This document shows positions 9,235-17,206 of a DNA stretch of 24,000 nucleotides, piece by piece; the first letter of the stretch is position 1; every line of letters begins with the position of its first letter. The translations under genes were made by a program, and so were the position numbers. The notes beneath the pieces are model-generated. The model searched no databases. It was given only the letters and a program-made list of their open reading frames with translations, and had not been told where the DNA came from. Source of the stretch: an uncultured Pelosinus sp. (GTDB lineage: Bacteria; Bacillota; Negativicutes; DSM-13327); the NCBI GenBank assembly GCA_963526485.1, contig CAURNS010000006.1, forward strand, positions 179,863 to 203,862, given 5' to 3'.

Positions 9235-9274
9235 AAGAGTTGGAGAACTGACTGCTGTCAGTTCTCCAACTTTT
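9235..9274 (-). terminator. strong hairpin between the EIIC and peptidase genes (possible partial terminator or RNA-processing/stability element)
   Basis: GTTGGAGAACTGAC (9239-9252), loop TGCT, GTCAGTTCTCCAAC (9257-9270). This is a 14-bp perfect stem that extends by A-U/G-U pairs to 9235-9274. On the minus-strand RNA it is followed by UCUUAUU and then the peptidase RBS. Confidence 0.45.
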
Positions 9275-9279
9275 GTCTT

Positions 9280-10506
9280 TTATTCATTCACAATCAGTTT
9301 GCCATCTTTTATCAGCTTATTTCTGTATAAGACATTTATCACTGCAATAAAGGTCGATCCAATGATTAACCCTAAAATATAAGGAATAATACCTTTTATT
9401 AATGGCCAAGCCCAAATGGCAGATTCAGGAAACCATTGAACAGCTCCCAGCGCTATTGCTGACATTGCCCCTACAATAGCACCTGTTACATAGAGGGGAA
9501 TACAAAAAGTTGGTCTTTCCAGGGCAAAAGGTATAGAGCCTTCGGAGATTCCCATAAAGCCTAAAAAAATTGCGGTTTTTCCCAATTGATAAAATTGCTT
9601 GTCATATACGCTTCGTCCTACTAATTTTCGATCGATCAATGTGCTTAAGCCTAAACCAAAAGAAGGAATGACAATTGCCAAACACCTTGCGGTAATGGGC
9701 AGAATCTTTTCTGTAGTAAAGCCAAGGGCTACAAATCCAGCAGCTTTATTTACAGGTCCTCCTAAGTCAAAGGCTGTAGTCGCTGCCAGTACGAAGGCAT
9801 AAGCAAATTGTCCTGCACTTCCCGCTGCCTGCAGCAGATCTTTTATTAACGTATTGATCCAGCCGCCAAAAGGAGTAATGATAAATACCATTAATACTAA
9901 GCAGGTAAAAGCAGATATCAGGGGAATTAAAAATGTAACCTTAAACGCAAGCCAATCATGAGGCATTGTAATCTTCTGATTCAACCATTTCACAAAATAT
10001 CCTATCATAAAGGCAATAAGTATCGCTCCTAGGAATCCAGACGCGATCGGCGCTTTTGTAACCCATTTTCCATCTAATAACGTTAACATGGCAACCGGTT
10101 TTGTCGCTATATATCCTCCGATAAATCCTGCTGCCAACGCAGTCTTACCGCCGATAGAATTTGCCGTGAAGGCTGTAAAAATAGGAATTGCAAAACCAAA
10201 CAGTGTGAATCCGAAAATTTCCATAATACTAGCGAACTGAAGCATCACAAAGCTGCCACCAGCATATTTTCCTGAATTGACTGCCTCTACTATGGATACA
10301 GAGGGATCTATATTAAAGAATACATAAGGAATGACCTGAGAAATAGCACCAATTAACCCGCCCATAATAAGTATCGGTATCATATATGAAATTCCTGTCA
10401 TGATATGTTTACTAAATTCCAGCCAGCCAGAATTCGCAGCTATATTCTCATTGATTTTGCCAGTGCTCGCTGACGTTGAGCCAATGATTTTTTTCGTAAC
10501 TGCCAT
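9280..10506 (-). CDS. PTS fructose-family EIIC permease component
   Basis: 408 aa and polytopic. The N-terminus and the loop GFMGISEGSIPFA resemble fructose-like EIIC (FrwC/FryC type). AGGAGGG precedes the ATG. Confidence 0.85.
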   Translation of the reverse strand: MAVTKKIIGSTSASTGKINENIAANSGWLEFSKHIMTGISYMIPILIMGGLIGAISQVIPYVFFNIDPSVSIVEAVNSGKYAGGSFVMLQFASIMEIFGFTLFGFAIPIFTAFTANSIGGKTALAAGFIGGYIATKPVAMLTLLDGKWVTKAPIASGFLGAILIAFMIGYFVKWLNQKITMPHDWLAFKVTFLIPLISAFTCLVLMVFIITPFGGWINTLIKDLLQAAGSAGQFAYAFVLAATTAFDLGGPVNKAAGFVALGFTTEKILPITARCLAIVIPSFGLGLSTLIDRKLVGRSVYDKQFYQLGKTAIFLGFMGISEGSIPFALERPTFCIPLYVTGAIVGAMSAIALGAVQWFPESAIWAWPLIKGIIPYILGLIIGSTFIAVINVLYRNKLIKDGKLIVNE

Positions 10507-10529
10507 GGTACCCTCCTATAATTATTATT

Positions 10530-10853
10530 TTATTGTGCCAAATCGTCCTCGATTTCCTTAATTACACCCTTGGGATTTTTTATAATTTCCTGAAGACCAA
10601 CTTCATACACTTCATAGCCTTCGAACCTTTCCATACCAAGTGGTGTAACCGCAACGGCATGAATGATAATATCAGCCTCACGGATATCAACAGCTGTTAA
10701 TTCATTTTGAATACCATCAGCCCCCTGTGTTTCGACTTTTATATCATAGCCCATTTCTACAGCCACTTTTCGTATTGCCTCTGCCGCCATAAATGTATGT
10801 GCCAAACCCATTGGGCATGCACATAAAGCAATTATTTTTTTTGACATTTTCAT
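10530..10853 (-). CDS. PTS fructose-family EIIB component
   Basis: The active-site Cys motif IALCACPMGLAHTFMAAEAI matches the fructose-type IIB signature CP.G.AHT.MAAE. The start could instead be the second ATG at 10847, which has better Shine-Dalgarno spacing. Confidence 0.85.
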   Translation of the reverse strand: MKMSKKIIALCACPMGLAHTFMAAEAIRKVAVEMGYDIKVETQGADGIQNELTAVDIREADIIIHAVAVTPLGMERFEGYEVYEVGLQEIIKNPKGVIKEIEDDLAQ

Positions 10854-10870
10854 TTCTCCTTTTTTATAAA

Positions 10871-11326
10871 TTAGCTATGTATTGCTTGCATGATCAGTAA
10901 AAAAAGTTCTTCTTTATGTGTAGCGTTCAGTAAGTTCTTTTTAAATTCTTCATCTACCAGTTTTCTTGCAAGACTTGCAAGAAGTTCCAGATGGACATTG
11001 CCCCCTTGTTCATTACGACTTAAAATACTGATAATAATCTTTATACCCTCTTCCGCACCATCTCCCCAGGAAACTTCTTGCCGTGGTTTTAGTATTAATA
11101 TCGCCGGTTTTAAAATATAATCAGATTTTGTGTGAGGAATGGCAATTCCATCGCCTAAATTTGTCACAAAAGCTTGTTCCCGACTGAGTAAGCCTTCATA
11201 GATACCCTGTTCATCTCTACCAATACCTAACCCCATTGCAAGTTTTGCAATATGCCTTAAATAAGCATTTTTGTCTTTTAAGTCTAAATTCAAGTTAATA
11301 TGTTCTCTGGTAAATACTTCACTCAT
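10871..11326 (-). CDS. PTS EIIA component (fructose/mannitol/Ntr EIIA-2 type)
   Basis: 151 aa with the phospho-His motif LGDGIAIPHTKS. Its GAGGAG Shine-Dalgarno (11335-11340) overlaps the stop codon of the upstream regulator gene. Confidence 0.85.
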   Translation of the reverse strand: MSEVFTREHINLNLDLKDKNAYLRHIAKLAMGLGIGRDEQGIYEGLLSREQAFVTNLGDGIAIPHTKSDYILKPAILILKPRQEVSWGDGAEEGIKIIISILSRNEQGGNVHLELLASLARKLVDEEFKKNLLNATHKEELFLLIMQAIHS

Positions 11327-11339
11327 ATAAACGGCTCCT

Positions 11340-13253
11340 CTACTTTACATCTAATACTTCCATCAGCTTATCAAAGCTAAAGTTCTTGATAATCCTTCTA
11401 ACTTCGCCTTCGTCCGCGATAAAATGATACAAATATTTAAACATGGCAAAGTTATAACTCTCTTTTTTATTGAAACAAACCATGAAGATTAATTGTACTT
11501 CTTCTTTATGCCACTTTATCGGTTTTTCCAGCATTCCTACACCAATGATTGATTGATAAGCCCCTTCTAAAATGGTATGGGGAATCGCCACCAAATTGCC
11601 AATATCAGTGGATGACATTTTCTCACGTTCCAGTACCATTGCGATAATGTCGTCATTGATAAATCCTTTGTCTTTCATTGCTCTGCCAATGCATTTGATA
11701 GCGTCTTCCGGTGTTTCTGCTTTGATCCTCAAAAACGCTTCTTTGTTAAAGGTTGCTCTAAATATCCTCTTTCGTTCTTCCTTCTCTTGAAAAACCTGAT
11801 GTAATTCATTTACAATTTCATCAGAAAATACATTTTCTATATACAGGACCGGTACCTTGAAATCTTTCTGCTCTAGTTTTACTGTGGATACGATAAAATC
11901 AATATCCGCCTTTAACGCTATATCTAAGTATCTTACAGGATAGGTTCCGATTATATGAATATCACTGATTCTTTGTTTTAGCTTTTCTGTCAGCAGCTGT
12001 GAGGTGCCAATGCCATAGTGGCAAATAATACAAACTTTCTTGCCGCTAGTACTCTTTTTTCGTTCAAAAGCTGCACCAAAATGCATGGTTATAAATCCGA
12101 TCTCATCCTCATCCAAGATTACATTGCATTCTTCTTTAAGTTTCTTTGCCATAATGGCGGCAAGATTGGTTTCCACGGGAAATTTAGCCTTTATTTGTTT
12201 AAGCAAAGGATTCTTAGCACTAATTCCGGCTTTGCACCGATTCATAAAAATCTTTAAATGCATCACTAATGCATCTATGAAATCGGAATCTTCTGTAAAA
12301 TCAAGATCAGTAACCATACTGATTTCTCTAAGAGCTTCTGTTACTACCTGTTGTACCCCATCTTTTGTATCTACAGTAAGTTTCATCCTTGTATTGTAGT
12401 CATAGATAATGATGCCGCTGCTTGCTGATACATAAAGCACTTCATTCTCATCTATATCTACAGCAAGTTTTTCCCCTATTTTATTCATAATGGTTTTTAT
12501 CACATTATAGTTATGAAGCCGATAGTTCTCTTCAAACACATTTCTGTTAATGATACAGTTATTCCGTATTCGCGCCACAGAGATAATCACTCTTGTTAAT
12601 AGTATAGTGAAATCTTTATCGGCAAGAATAATATGGCCTGAATGCAGCTCTTCCGTAATCACTGTTTCAATAACTTTCATGTCGCGCTTTGAAATACTAT
12701 CCAATCTCACTTCCAGGAAATTATTTTCATCACCTTTTACGGCATAATGCAACATCAGCTCTCTTACTTTACTTTCTTCACCCACTATTTTACTTCCATA
12801 AAAAGGCTTTGCTACAATTTTTAAATCATATTCTTGTAAAATACTTTTTACACTGGCAATCAGCTTATTCGTACTTGCTATACTCAAATTCAGGATCTCA
12901 CTTAGCTCATCGGCATTGATATAACTCCTATTAAAAAAAGCACATAAAATTTTTGTAATTCTACCTTCTGTAGAATCATCTATTTGGAAACCAGCTAAAT
13001 ACTCTGCCGCTTCCTTGTTAATCCTCCGGATCTCCTTTGCTGCCCCTGCCAGCTTGTATCCAACACCTTTCTTCGCAAGGATCTCTGCACCATATTTAGA
13101 AAAGTAATGATTTAAATCCTGGATATATCGCTTGATTGTTCTCACCGATATCGTAAATTGCTGACTTAATTCTTCCGCTGTAACATATTCATCTTTTTCA
13201 TTAAGATAACGTACCATCATAGAATGTTTTTTACTTATCATTCTCTTCACCAT
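11340..13253 (-). CDS. PRD-domain transcriptional regulator with N-terminal HTH and C-terminal EIIB-like and EIIA-like domains (MtlR/LicR/ManR class)
   Basis: 637 aa. It has an HTH (VTAEELSQQFTISVRTIKRYIQDLN), PRD-like His segments (ALVMHLKIFMNR, FITMHFGAAF), an EIIB(Gat)-like segment KVCIICHYGIGTSQLL and an EIIA-like segment GNLVAIPHTILEG. The start is ambiguous between 13253 and 13241. Confidence 0.85.
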   Translation of the reverse strand: MVKRMISKKHSMMVRYLNEKDEYVTAEELSQQFTISVRTIKRYIQDLNHYFSKYGAEILAKKGVGYKLAGAAKEIRRINKEAAEYLAGFQIDDSTEGRITKILCAFFNRSYINADELSEILNLSIASTNKLIASVKSILQEYDLKIVAKPFYGSKIVGEESKVRELMLHYAVKGDENNFLEVRLDSISKRDMKVIETVITEELHSGHIILADKDFTILLTRVIISVARIRNNCIINRNVFEENYRLHNYNVIKTIMNKIGEKLAVDIDENEVLYVSASSGIIIYDYNTRMKLTVDTKDGVQQVVTEALREISMVTDLDFTEDSDFIDALVMHLKIFMNRCKAGISAKNPLLKQIKAKFPVETNLAAIMAKKLKEECNVILDEDEIGFITMHFGAAFERKKSTSGKKVCIICHYGIGTSQLLTEKLKQRISDIHIIGTYPVRYLDIALKADIDFIVSTVKLEQKDFKVPVLYIENVFSDEIVNELHQVFQEKEERKRIFRATFNKEAFLRIKAETPEDAIKCIGRAMKDKGFINDDIIAMVLEREKMSSTDIGNLVAIPHTILEGAYQSIIGVGMLEKPIKWHKEEVQLIFMVCFNKKESYNFAMFKYLYHFIADEGEVRRIIKNFSFDKLMEVLDVK

Positions 13254-13291
13254 CCGACAACTACATTGTAAACCCTTTCACCATCCATGTA

Positions 13292-13320
13292 TTTATACTA
13301 AATGCCTTCATAAGTGCCAT
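13292..13320 (-). promoter_or_regulatory. candidate sigma-A promoter for the regulator/PTS operon
   Basis: The minus strand reads ATGGCA (13320-13315), a 17-nt spacer, then TATAAA (13297-13292), in the 75-nt gap after the dipeptidase gene. The -35 match is weak. Confidence 0.3.
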
Positions 13321-13328
13321 ACATTAGC

Positions 13329-14705
13329 CTATAAGTTGCCAAGCTCCCATAAAGCTTCTGCATAAATAGCAATGGCTTTTATAAAAGCATCCTCACTTCC
13401 ATACTCTCCCGCCATATGAGCATTGCCTGCCGATTCATCAGGGAATTCACCGCCGAAAATTACCGAATTCTCCATCTCTGCTGCATAAGTCCCTGCACTG
13501 GTGACTCTTATGGGATTCTTTCTGTCGCCTGTATGCTTCACATAAATTTCGTACAGCTTTTGTACGAGCAGGGAATCTGCGTCCAGGTAATGGGGCTTCT
13601 TATTATGGATGACTTTTACCTCATAGCCATTCATACTTTTCTGTTGAAAGTGACTAAAGACTTTTTCCTGGATAACTTCCATGGCTATATTTTCCGGATA
13701 CCTGATACTTAAGGTTAGATGCAACTTACCATTTTCCAGACAGAATATAGTTGGAACCATTGTAAGGGTGCCGCATTGCCCTGCTGTATCCAAGCCAAAG
13801 ATCTTTCCATCTCGATTATCACCTCCAAATAGAGGGGTCAAGTCTTCCAGCCATTTCTCCTTTACCTCCCTATGCAAGAGCTTAAACACTTTTTCAATTG
13901 GATTATTTGCTTTCTCTGGTTTAGAGGAGTGCCCGCCAAGACCAATCAGTTTGAAACCTATCACATTACTTTTATCCTGAATAGATTCCAACGTAAGATT
14001 TTCCTCTTGCAAAAATTTTTCTGCCGTTTCTTGGCCAATCGTACTATTTTTAACTACAATATAGTTTGGAATCGTATTATGTACTTCTCCTGCTGCGATC
14101 TGCAACGTTTCGTTCTCTATCTTCCCACTGATCTGAAGTACCATTCCGCCCTTCTCACCGTTTATTACCGGAAATTTAGCATCTGGTGTAAAGCCATAGG
14201 TTGGTTTCGGTTCCTTTGCAAAATAGTATCGAATACACGCAAAGCCATTTTCTTCATTACCGCCAGCAACGATTCTAATTTTGCGTTTTACAGGGAGAGC
14301 CGTATCCTGAATCATTTTTAAAGCAAAAAATGCAGCCAGTAAAGGGCCTTTATCATCTATCACACCTCGGCCAATAAGCTTATCTCCAATCTTTAAAAGC
14401 TTAAAGGGATCACTGTTCCATCCTTCGCCTGCCGGTACCACATCACAGTGGCCAAAGACATAAACATATTCCTCACCTTTTCCATATTCAATGTGTGATG
14501 CGTATCCATCTACAGATTTTACAGTAAAGCCTGCTTCCTCCCCCTTATTTTTAAACCATTCTAACGCTTCTGCCACTCCATTGCCAAAAGGTCTAGTCGG
14601 TGAGACTGTTTCATTACTATATACAGAAGAAATACTTACCCATTGAGCCAAAAGCGTACTAAATTCTTTTCTATATTTCTCTGCCTCTATTACAAAATTT
14701 ATCAT
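13329..14705 (-). CDS. pepV: M20-family dipeptidase (PepV/Sapep-like)
   Basis: The track ORF extends to 14789. I prefer the ATG at 14705 (MINFVIEAEKYRKEF...), preceded by AAAGGAGGA. M20 motifs are present: GHCDVVPAGEGWNSDPF, GRGVIDDKGP and GGNEENGF. Confidence 0.85.
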   Translation of the reverse strand: MINFVIEAEKYRKEFSTLLAQWVSISSVYSNETVSPTRPFGNGVAEALEWFKNKGEEAGFTVKSVDGYASHIEYGKGEEYVYVFGHCDVVPAGEGWNSDPFKLLKIGDKLIGRGVIDDKGPLLAAFFALKMIQDTALPVKRKIRIVAGGNEENGFACIRYYFAKEPKPTYGFTPDAKFPVINGEKGGMVLQISGKIENETLQIAAGEVHNTIPNYIVVKNSTIGQETAEKFLQEENLTLESIQDKSNVIGFKLIGLGGHSSKPEKANNPIEKVFKLLHREVKEKWLEDLTPLFGGDNRDGKIFGLDTAGQCGTLTMVPTIFCLENGKLHLTLSIRYPENIAMEVIQEKVFSHFQQKSMNGYEVKVIHNKKPHYLDADSLLVQKLYEIYVKHTGDRKNPIRVTSAGTYAAEMENSVIFGGEFPDESAGNAHMAGEYGSEDAFIKAIAIYAEALWELGNL

Positions 14706-14821
14706 GCTATTTCCTCCTTTACCTATTTTATTACCTATACGATTTGCCATCTTTACTATCGTACTATTATTTTTCTTTTCCAAATACACTGTTTTTTCTG
14801 CTAGTAACTACTTAATTTACG

Positions 14822-14871
14822 ATTAAAAATACAAACTCCTGCAGGAAGGCTAAAACCTTTTTGCAGGAGTT
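14822..14871 (-). terminator. rho-independent terminator of the malic enzyme gene
   Basis: AACTCCTGCA (14834-14843) pairs with TGCAGGAGTT (14862-14871), a 10-bp stem with extra inner pairs. On the minus-strand RNA it is followed by UUGUAUUUUUAAUC. Confidence 0.75.
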
Positions 14872-14913
14872 CGTCATATCAATATTGTATTAGCAGTACG
14901 TACTATAGGAATT

Positions 14914-16152
14914 TTATTTTAAAGAATGTTGAATTCTAGCTGCTGTTTTAGCTTTTATCTCTTCAGGATCAACAATAGTCCGGGCAACACCTGTTTCTAT
15001 TGCTGCACGGGCTACTGCAGCTGCCACAGCAGGGGCAACCCGTTTATCAAATACATCAGGAACAACATAATCTTCCCGTAGTTCTTCTGCATCAATTAAT
15101 TCAGCAATGGCATACACTGCTGCCAATTTCATTTCCTCATTAATTTGACGAGCTCTCACATCAATAGCTCCCCGGAAAAGTCCAGGAAAAACACTGACGT
15201 TATTTACTTGATTGGGGGAGTCAGAGCGACCAGTCCCCGCCACTTTCACCCCGGCAGCCTTAGCATCTTTATAACTAATTTCAGGTTCAGGATTGCATAA
15301 GGACAATACGATGGAATTCGCATTCATGCTTTGGACTACCTCTGTTGTGAAAGCACCGGGCTGTGAAACACCAATAAGTACATCGGCACCTTTGGCAATC
15401 TTTCCGATATGGCCCTGTTCTTTCTTCAAGTTAGTTCTCGGTAATAGCAGCGCTTGGACCCGATTTACCCTCGACATCTCCATCCCGTCGTACATGGCAC
15501 CTTTGGAATTCATCATAACCACATGTCCAACACCAGCGTTGAGCAAGAGTTGTACAATAGCGGTACCAGCTGCACCGGCACCATTCACTACAACCTTGAC
15601 TTCAGATAATTGCTTTTTTACGAAGCGCAGTGCACCAATAGTAGCGGCTACTGCAGCAATTGCGGTACCATGCTGATCATCATGAAACACCGGTATATCC
15701 ATTTGTGCCTTAAGGGCGTCTTCGATGTCATAACATTTGGGAGAAGAAATATCTTCTAAGTTAATTCCTGCAAAATTAGGCTGTAGCATCCGAACTGTCT
15801 TAATGAACTCATCTGCATCCTTCGTATCAATCGATAAGGGAATCGCATCTACATCTCCAAAAGTCTTATATAATACTGCCTTACCTTCCATTACTGGTAT
15901 CGCTGCTTCTGGACCAATATCTCCAAGTCCCAGAACCCTGGTTCCATCTGTAATGACGGCCACCATATTGCCCCTACAGGTATATTCAAAGGATAAGTCT
16001 CTATCACGATGAATTTCCATACAAGGTTCTGCTACGCCTGGGGTATATGCCAGACTTAGATCATAGCCATCTTTTAGTGGTGTCTTTGCAATCACACCTA
16101 ATTTACCATTATGTTTCCGATGGTATTGTAATGCTTCATCATGTAAGCTCAT
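14914..16152 (-). CDS. NAD(P)-dependent malic enzyme (short, single-domain type)
   Basis: 412 aa. MSLHDEALQYHRKHNGKLGVIAKTPL...LSLAYTPGVAEPC, VITDGTRVLGLGDIG, FAGINLEDI, FHDDQHGTA and VVVNGAGAAG are all typical malic-enzyme motifs. GAAGGAG lies 7 nt before the ATG. Confidence 0.9.
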   Translation of the reverse strand: MSLHDEALQYHRKHNGKLGVIAKTPLKDGYDLSLAYTPGVAEPCMEIHRDRDLSFEYTCRGNMVAVITDGTRVLGLGDIGPEAAIPVMEGKAVLYKTFGDVDAIPLSIDTKDADEFIKTVRMLQPNFAGINLEDISSPKCYDIEDALKAQMDIPVFHDDQHGTAIAAVAATIGALRFVKKQLSEVKVVVNGAGAAGTAIVQLLLNAGVGHVVMMNSKGAMYDGMEMSRVNRVQALLLPRTNLKKEQGHIGKIAKGADVLIGVSQPGAFTTEVVQSMNANSIVLSLCNPEPEISYKDAKAAGVKVAGTGRSDSPNQVNNVSVFPGLFRGAIDVRARQINEEMKLAAVYAIAELIDAEELREDYVVPDVFDKRVAPAVAAAVARAAIETGVARTIVDPEEIKAKTAARIQHSLK

Positions 16153-16245
16153 TTTAATCTCCTTCTAATCAATATAAACTATCAATACCCTTACTCACAT
16201 TATATGATTATTTAAATTGCAAAGATAATATCGAATATTCATAAT

Positions 16246-16266
16246 ATGATAACTTTTAGTTATCAT
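16246..16266. promoter_or_regulatory. 21-bp palindrome upstream of the malic enzyme gene (candidate operator)
   Basis: ATGATAACT-TTT-AGTTATCAT, perfect 9-bp arms, about 95-115 nt upstream of the ATG at 16152. Confidence 0.3.
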
Positions 16267-16369
16267 TGCTAAAACAATAAGCTATGAGTGATATTTTCCC
16301 ACTCCCGATCGTTCATCAACAAAGCATAACCTGCCAAGAAAAATACCATTTTGAAATTTACTTACAATC

Positions 16370-16416
16370 CATAAGGCTCAACTGCAGTTCCATGTGAACT
16401 GCAGTTGAGCCTTATG
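16370..16416 (-). terminator. 21-bp perfect hairpin downstream of the 171-aa gene
   Basis: CATAAGGCTCAACTGCAGTTC (16370-16390), loop CATGT, GAACTGCAGTTGAGCCTTATG (16396-16416). It lies 50 nt after the stop at 16467. The U-tail on the minus strand is weak (GAUUGUAAGUAAAUUU). Confidence 0.5.
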
Positions 16417-16466
16417 ACTATTTATCTGCGCATATTATTTATCTCTTCGTCTTTGATTCTTCATTC

Positions 16467-16979
16467 TTACTTGAAATCATTGATCAACCTGGATTCAAAC
16501 ATATCAAACTCTGCATGATAGCAGTGAACATGAGGAAAAGGAATGGCAAACGCTTTCTTTTCCAAGCCTCTTTGTACCATAGCATCTAAGTGCTGATCAG
16601 TGAAGCCATATAAATAAATAAGATTATGTCGATCATATGCAATGGTTGCATTCGATTGGGGTGAATGCAGCCATACATCATGGCGTGAATCCTTTTCGAA
16701 AAAATCTTTAAAATCGGTAAATAAAGTACTCACTTCGCTATAGGACATCTCTTTACTTTGATATCTACCATGTTCACTATTGGTATGTGAAGCATGCAGT
16801 ACATATAAAATACAAAAGGGCTCGCAAAGCTGAGCCGCTAATTTCAAAACTGTATCGACATGACTTTTAGATAGTCCCATTACAACTCTTTCCAGATCGC
16901 TGTTCTGTTCCAAATGATATACATCAGGATAAAAATATTCCTGCAATTCATTATCTTTATGATAACCCAGTTTAAACAT
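16467..16979 (-). CDS. hypothetical protein, no recognisable family
   Basis: The track ORF extends to 17015. I prefer the ATG at 16979 (MFKLGYHKDNELQEYF...), with GAGGAG 7 nt upstream. It is 171 aa, soluble-looking and His-rich (LHASHTNSEHGRY, FPHVHCYHAEF). I recognise no motif. Confidence 0.6.
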   Translation of the reverse strand: MFKLGYHKDNELQEYFYPDVYHLEQNSDLERVVMGLSKSHVDTVLKLAAQLCEPFCILYVLHASHTNSEHGRYQSKEMSYSEVSTLFTDFKDFFEKDSRHDVWLHSPQSNATIAYDRHNLIYLYGFTDQHLDAMVQRGLEKKAFAIPFPHVHCYHAEFDMFESRLINDFK

Positions 16980-17206
16980 GGAATCACTCCTCATCGATTT
17001 CCTACTCACTGACATATGCCAATTTTGTTAGAGTTAAGCACCAGTGAGCAGTAAGCGTCTATCTCAATATACTTCTGATACTGAGTTGTAAACACCTTAA
17101 AGAATTCCCCGTCCATATGGGAATTCATCTGAAAGATTATAGACATAAAATCTTTATAATTAGTAAATCTTGAAATTCAGCATTTATTAGTCTTAGATAA
17201 CTATAT

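Noticed and set aside
13304-13320. TGGCAC on the minus strand (13319-13314) followed by ...AAGGCAT, resembling a sigma-54 -24/-12 promoter in front of the PRD regulator
   Set aside because: The GG-to-GC spacing is 11 nt rather than the required 10, and the -12 region reads AAGGCA, not TTGCA. The regulator also has no AAA+ sigma-54 domain. I read this region instead as a weak sigma-A promoter (ATGGCA-17-TATAAA).
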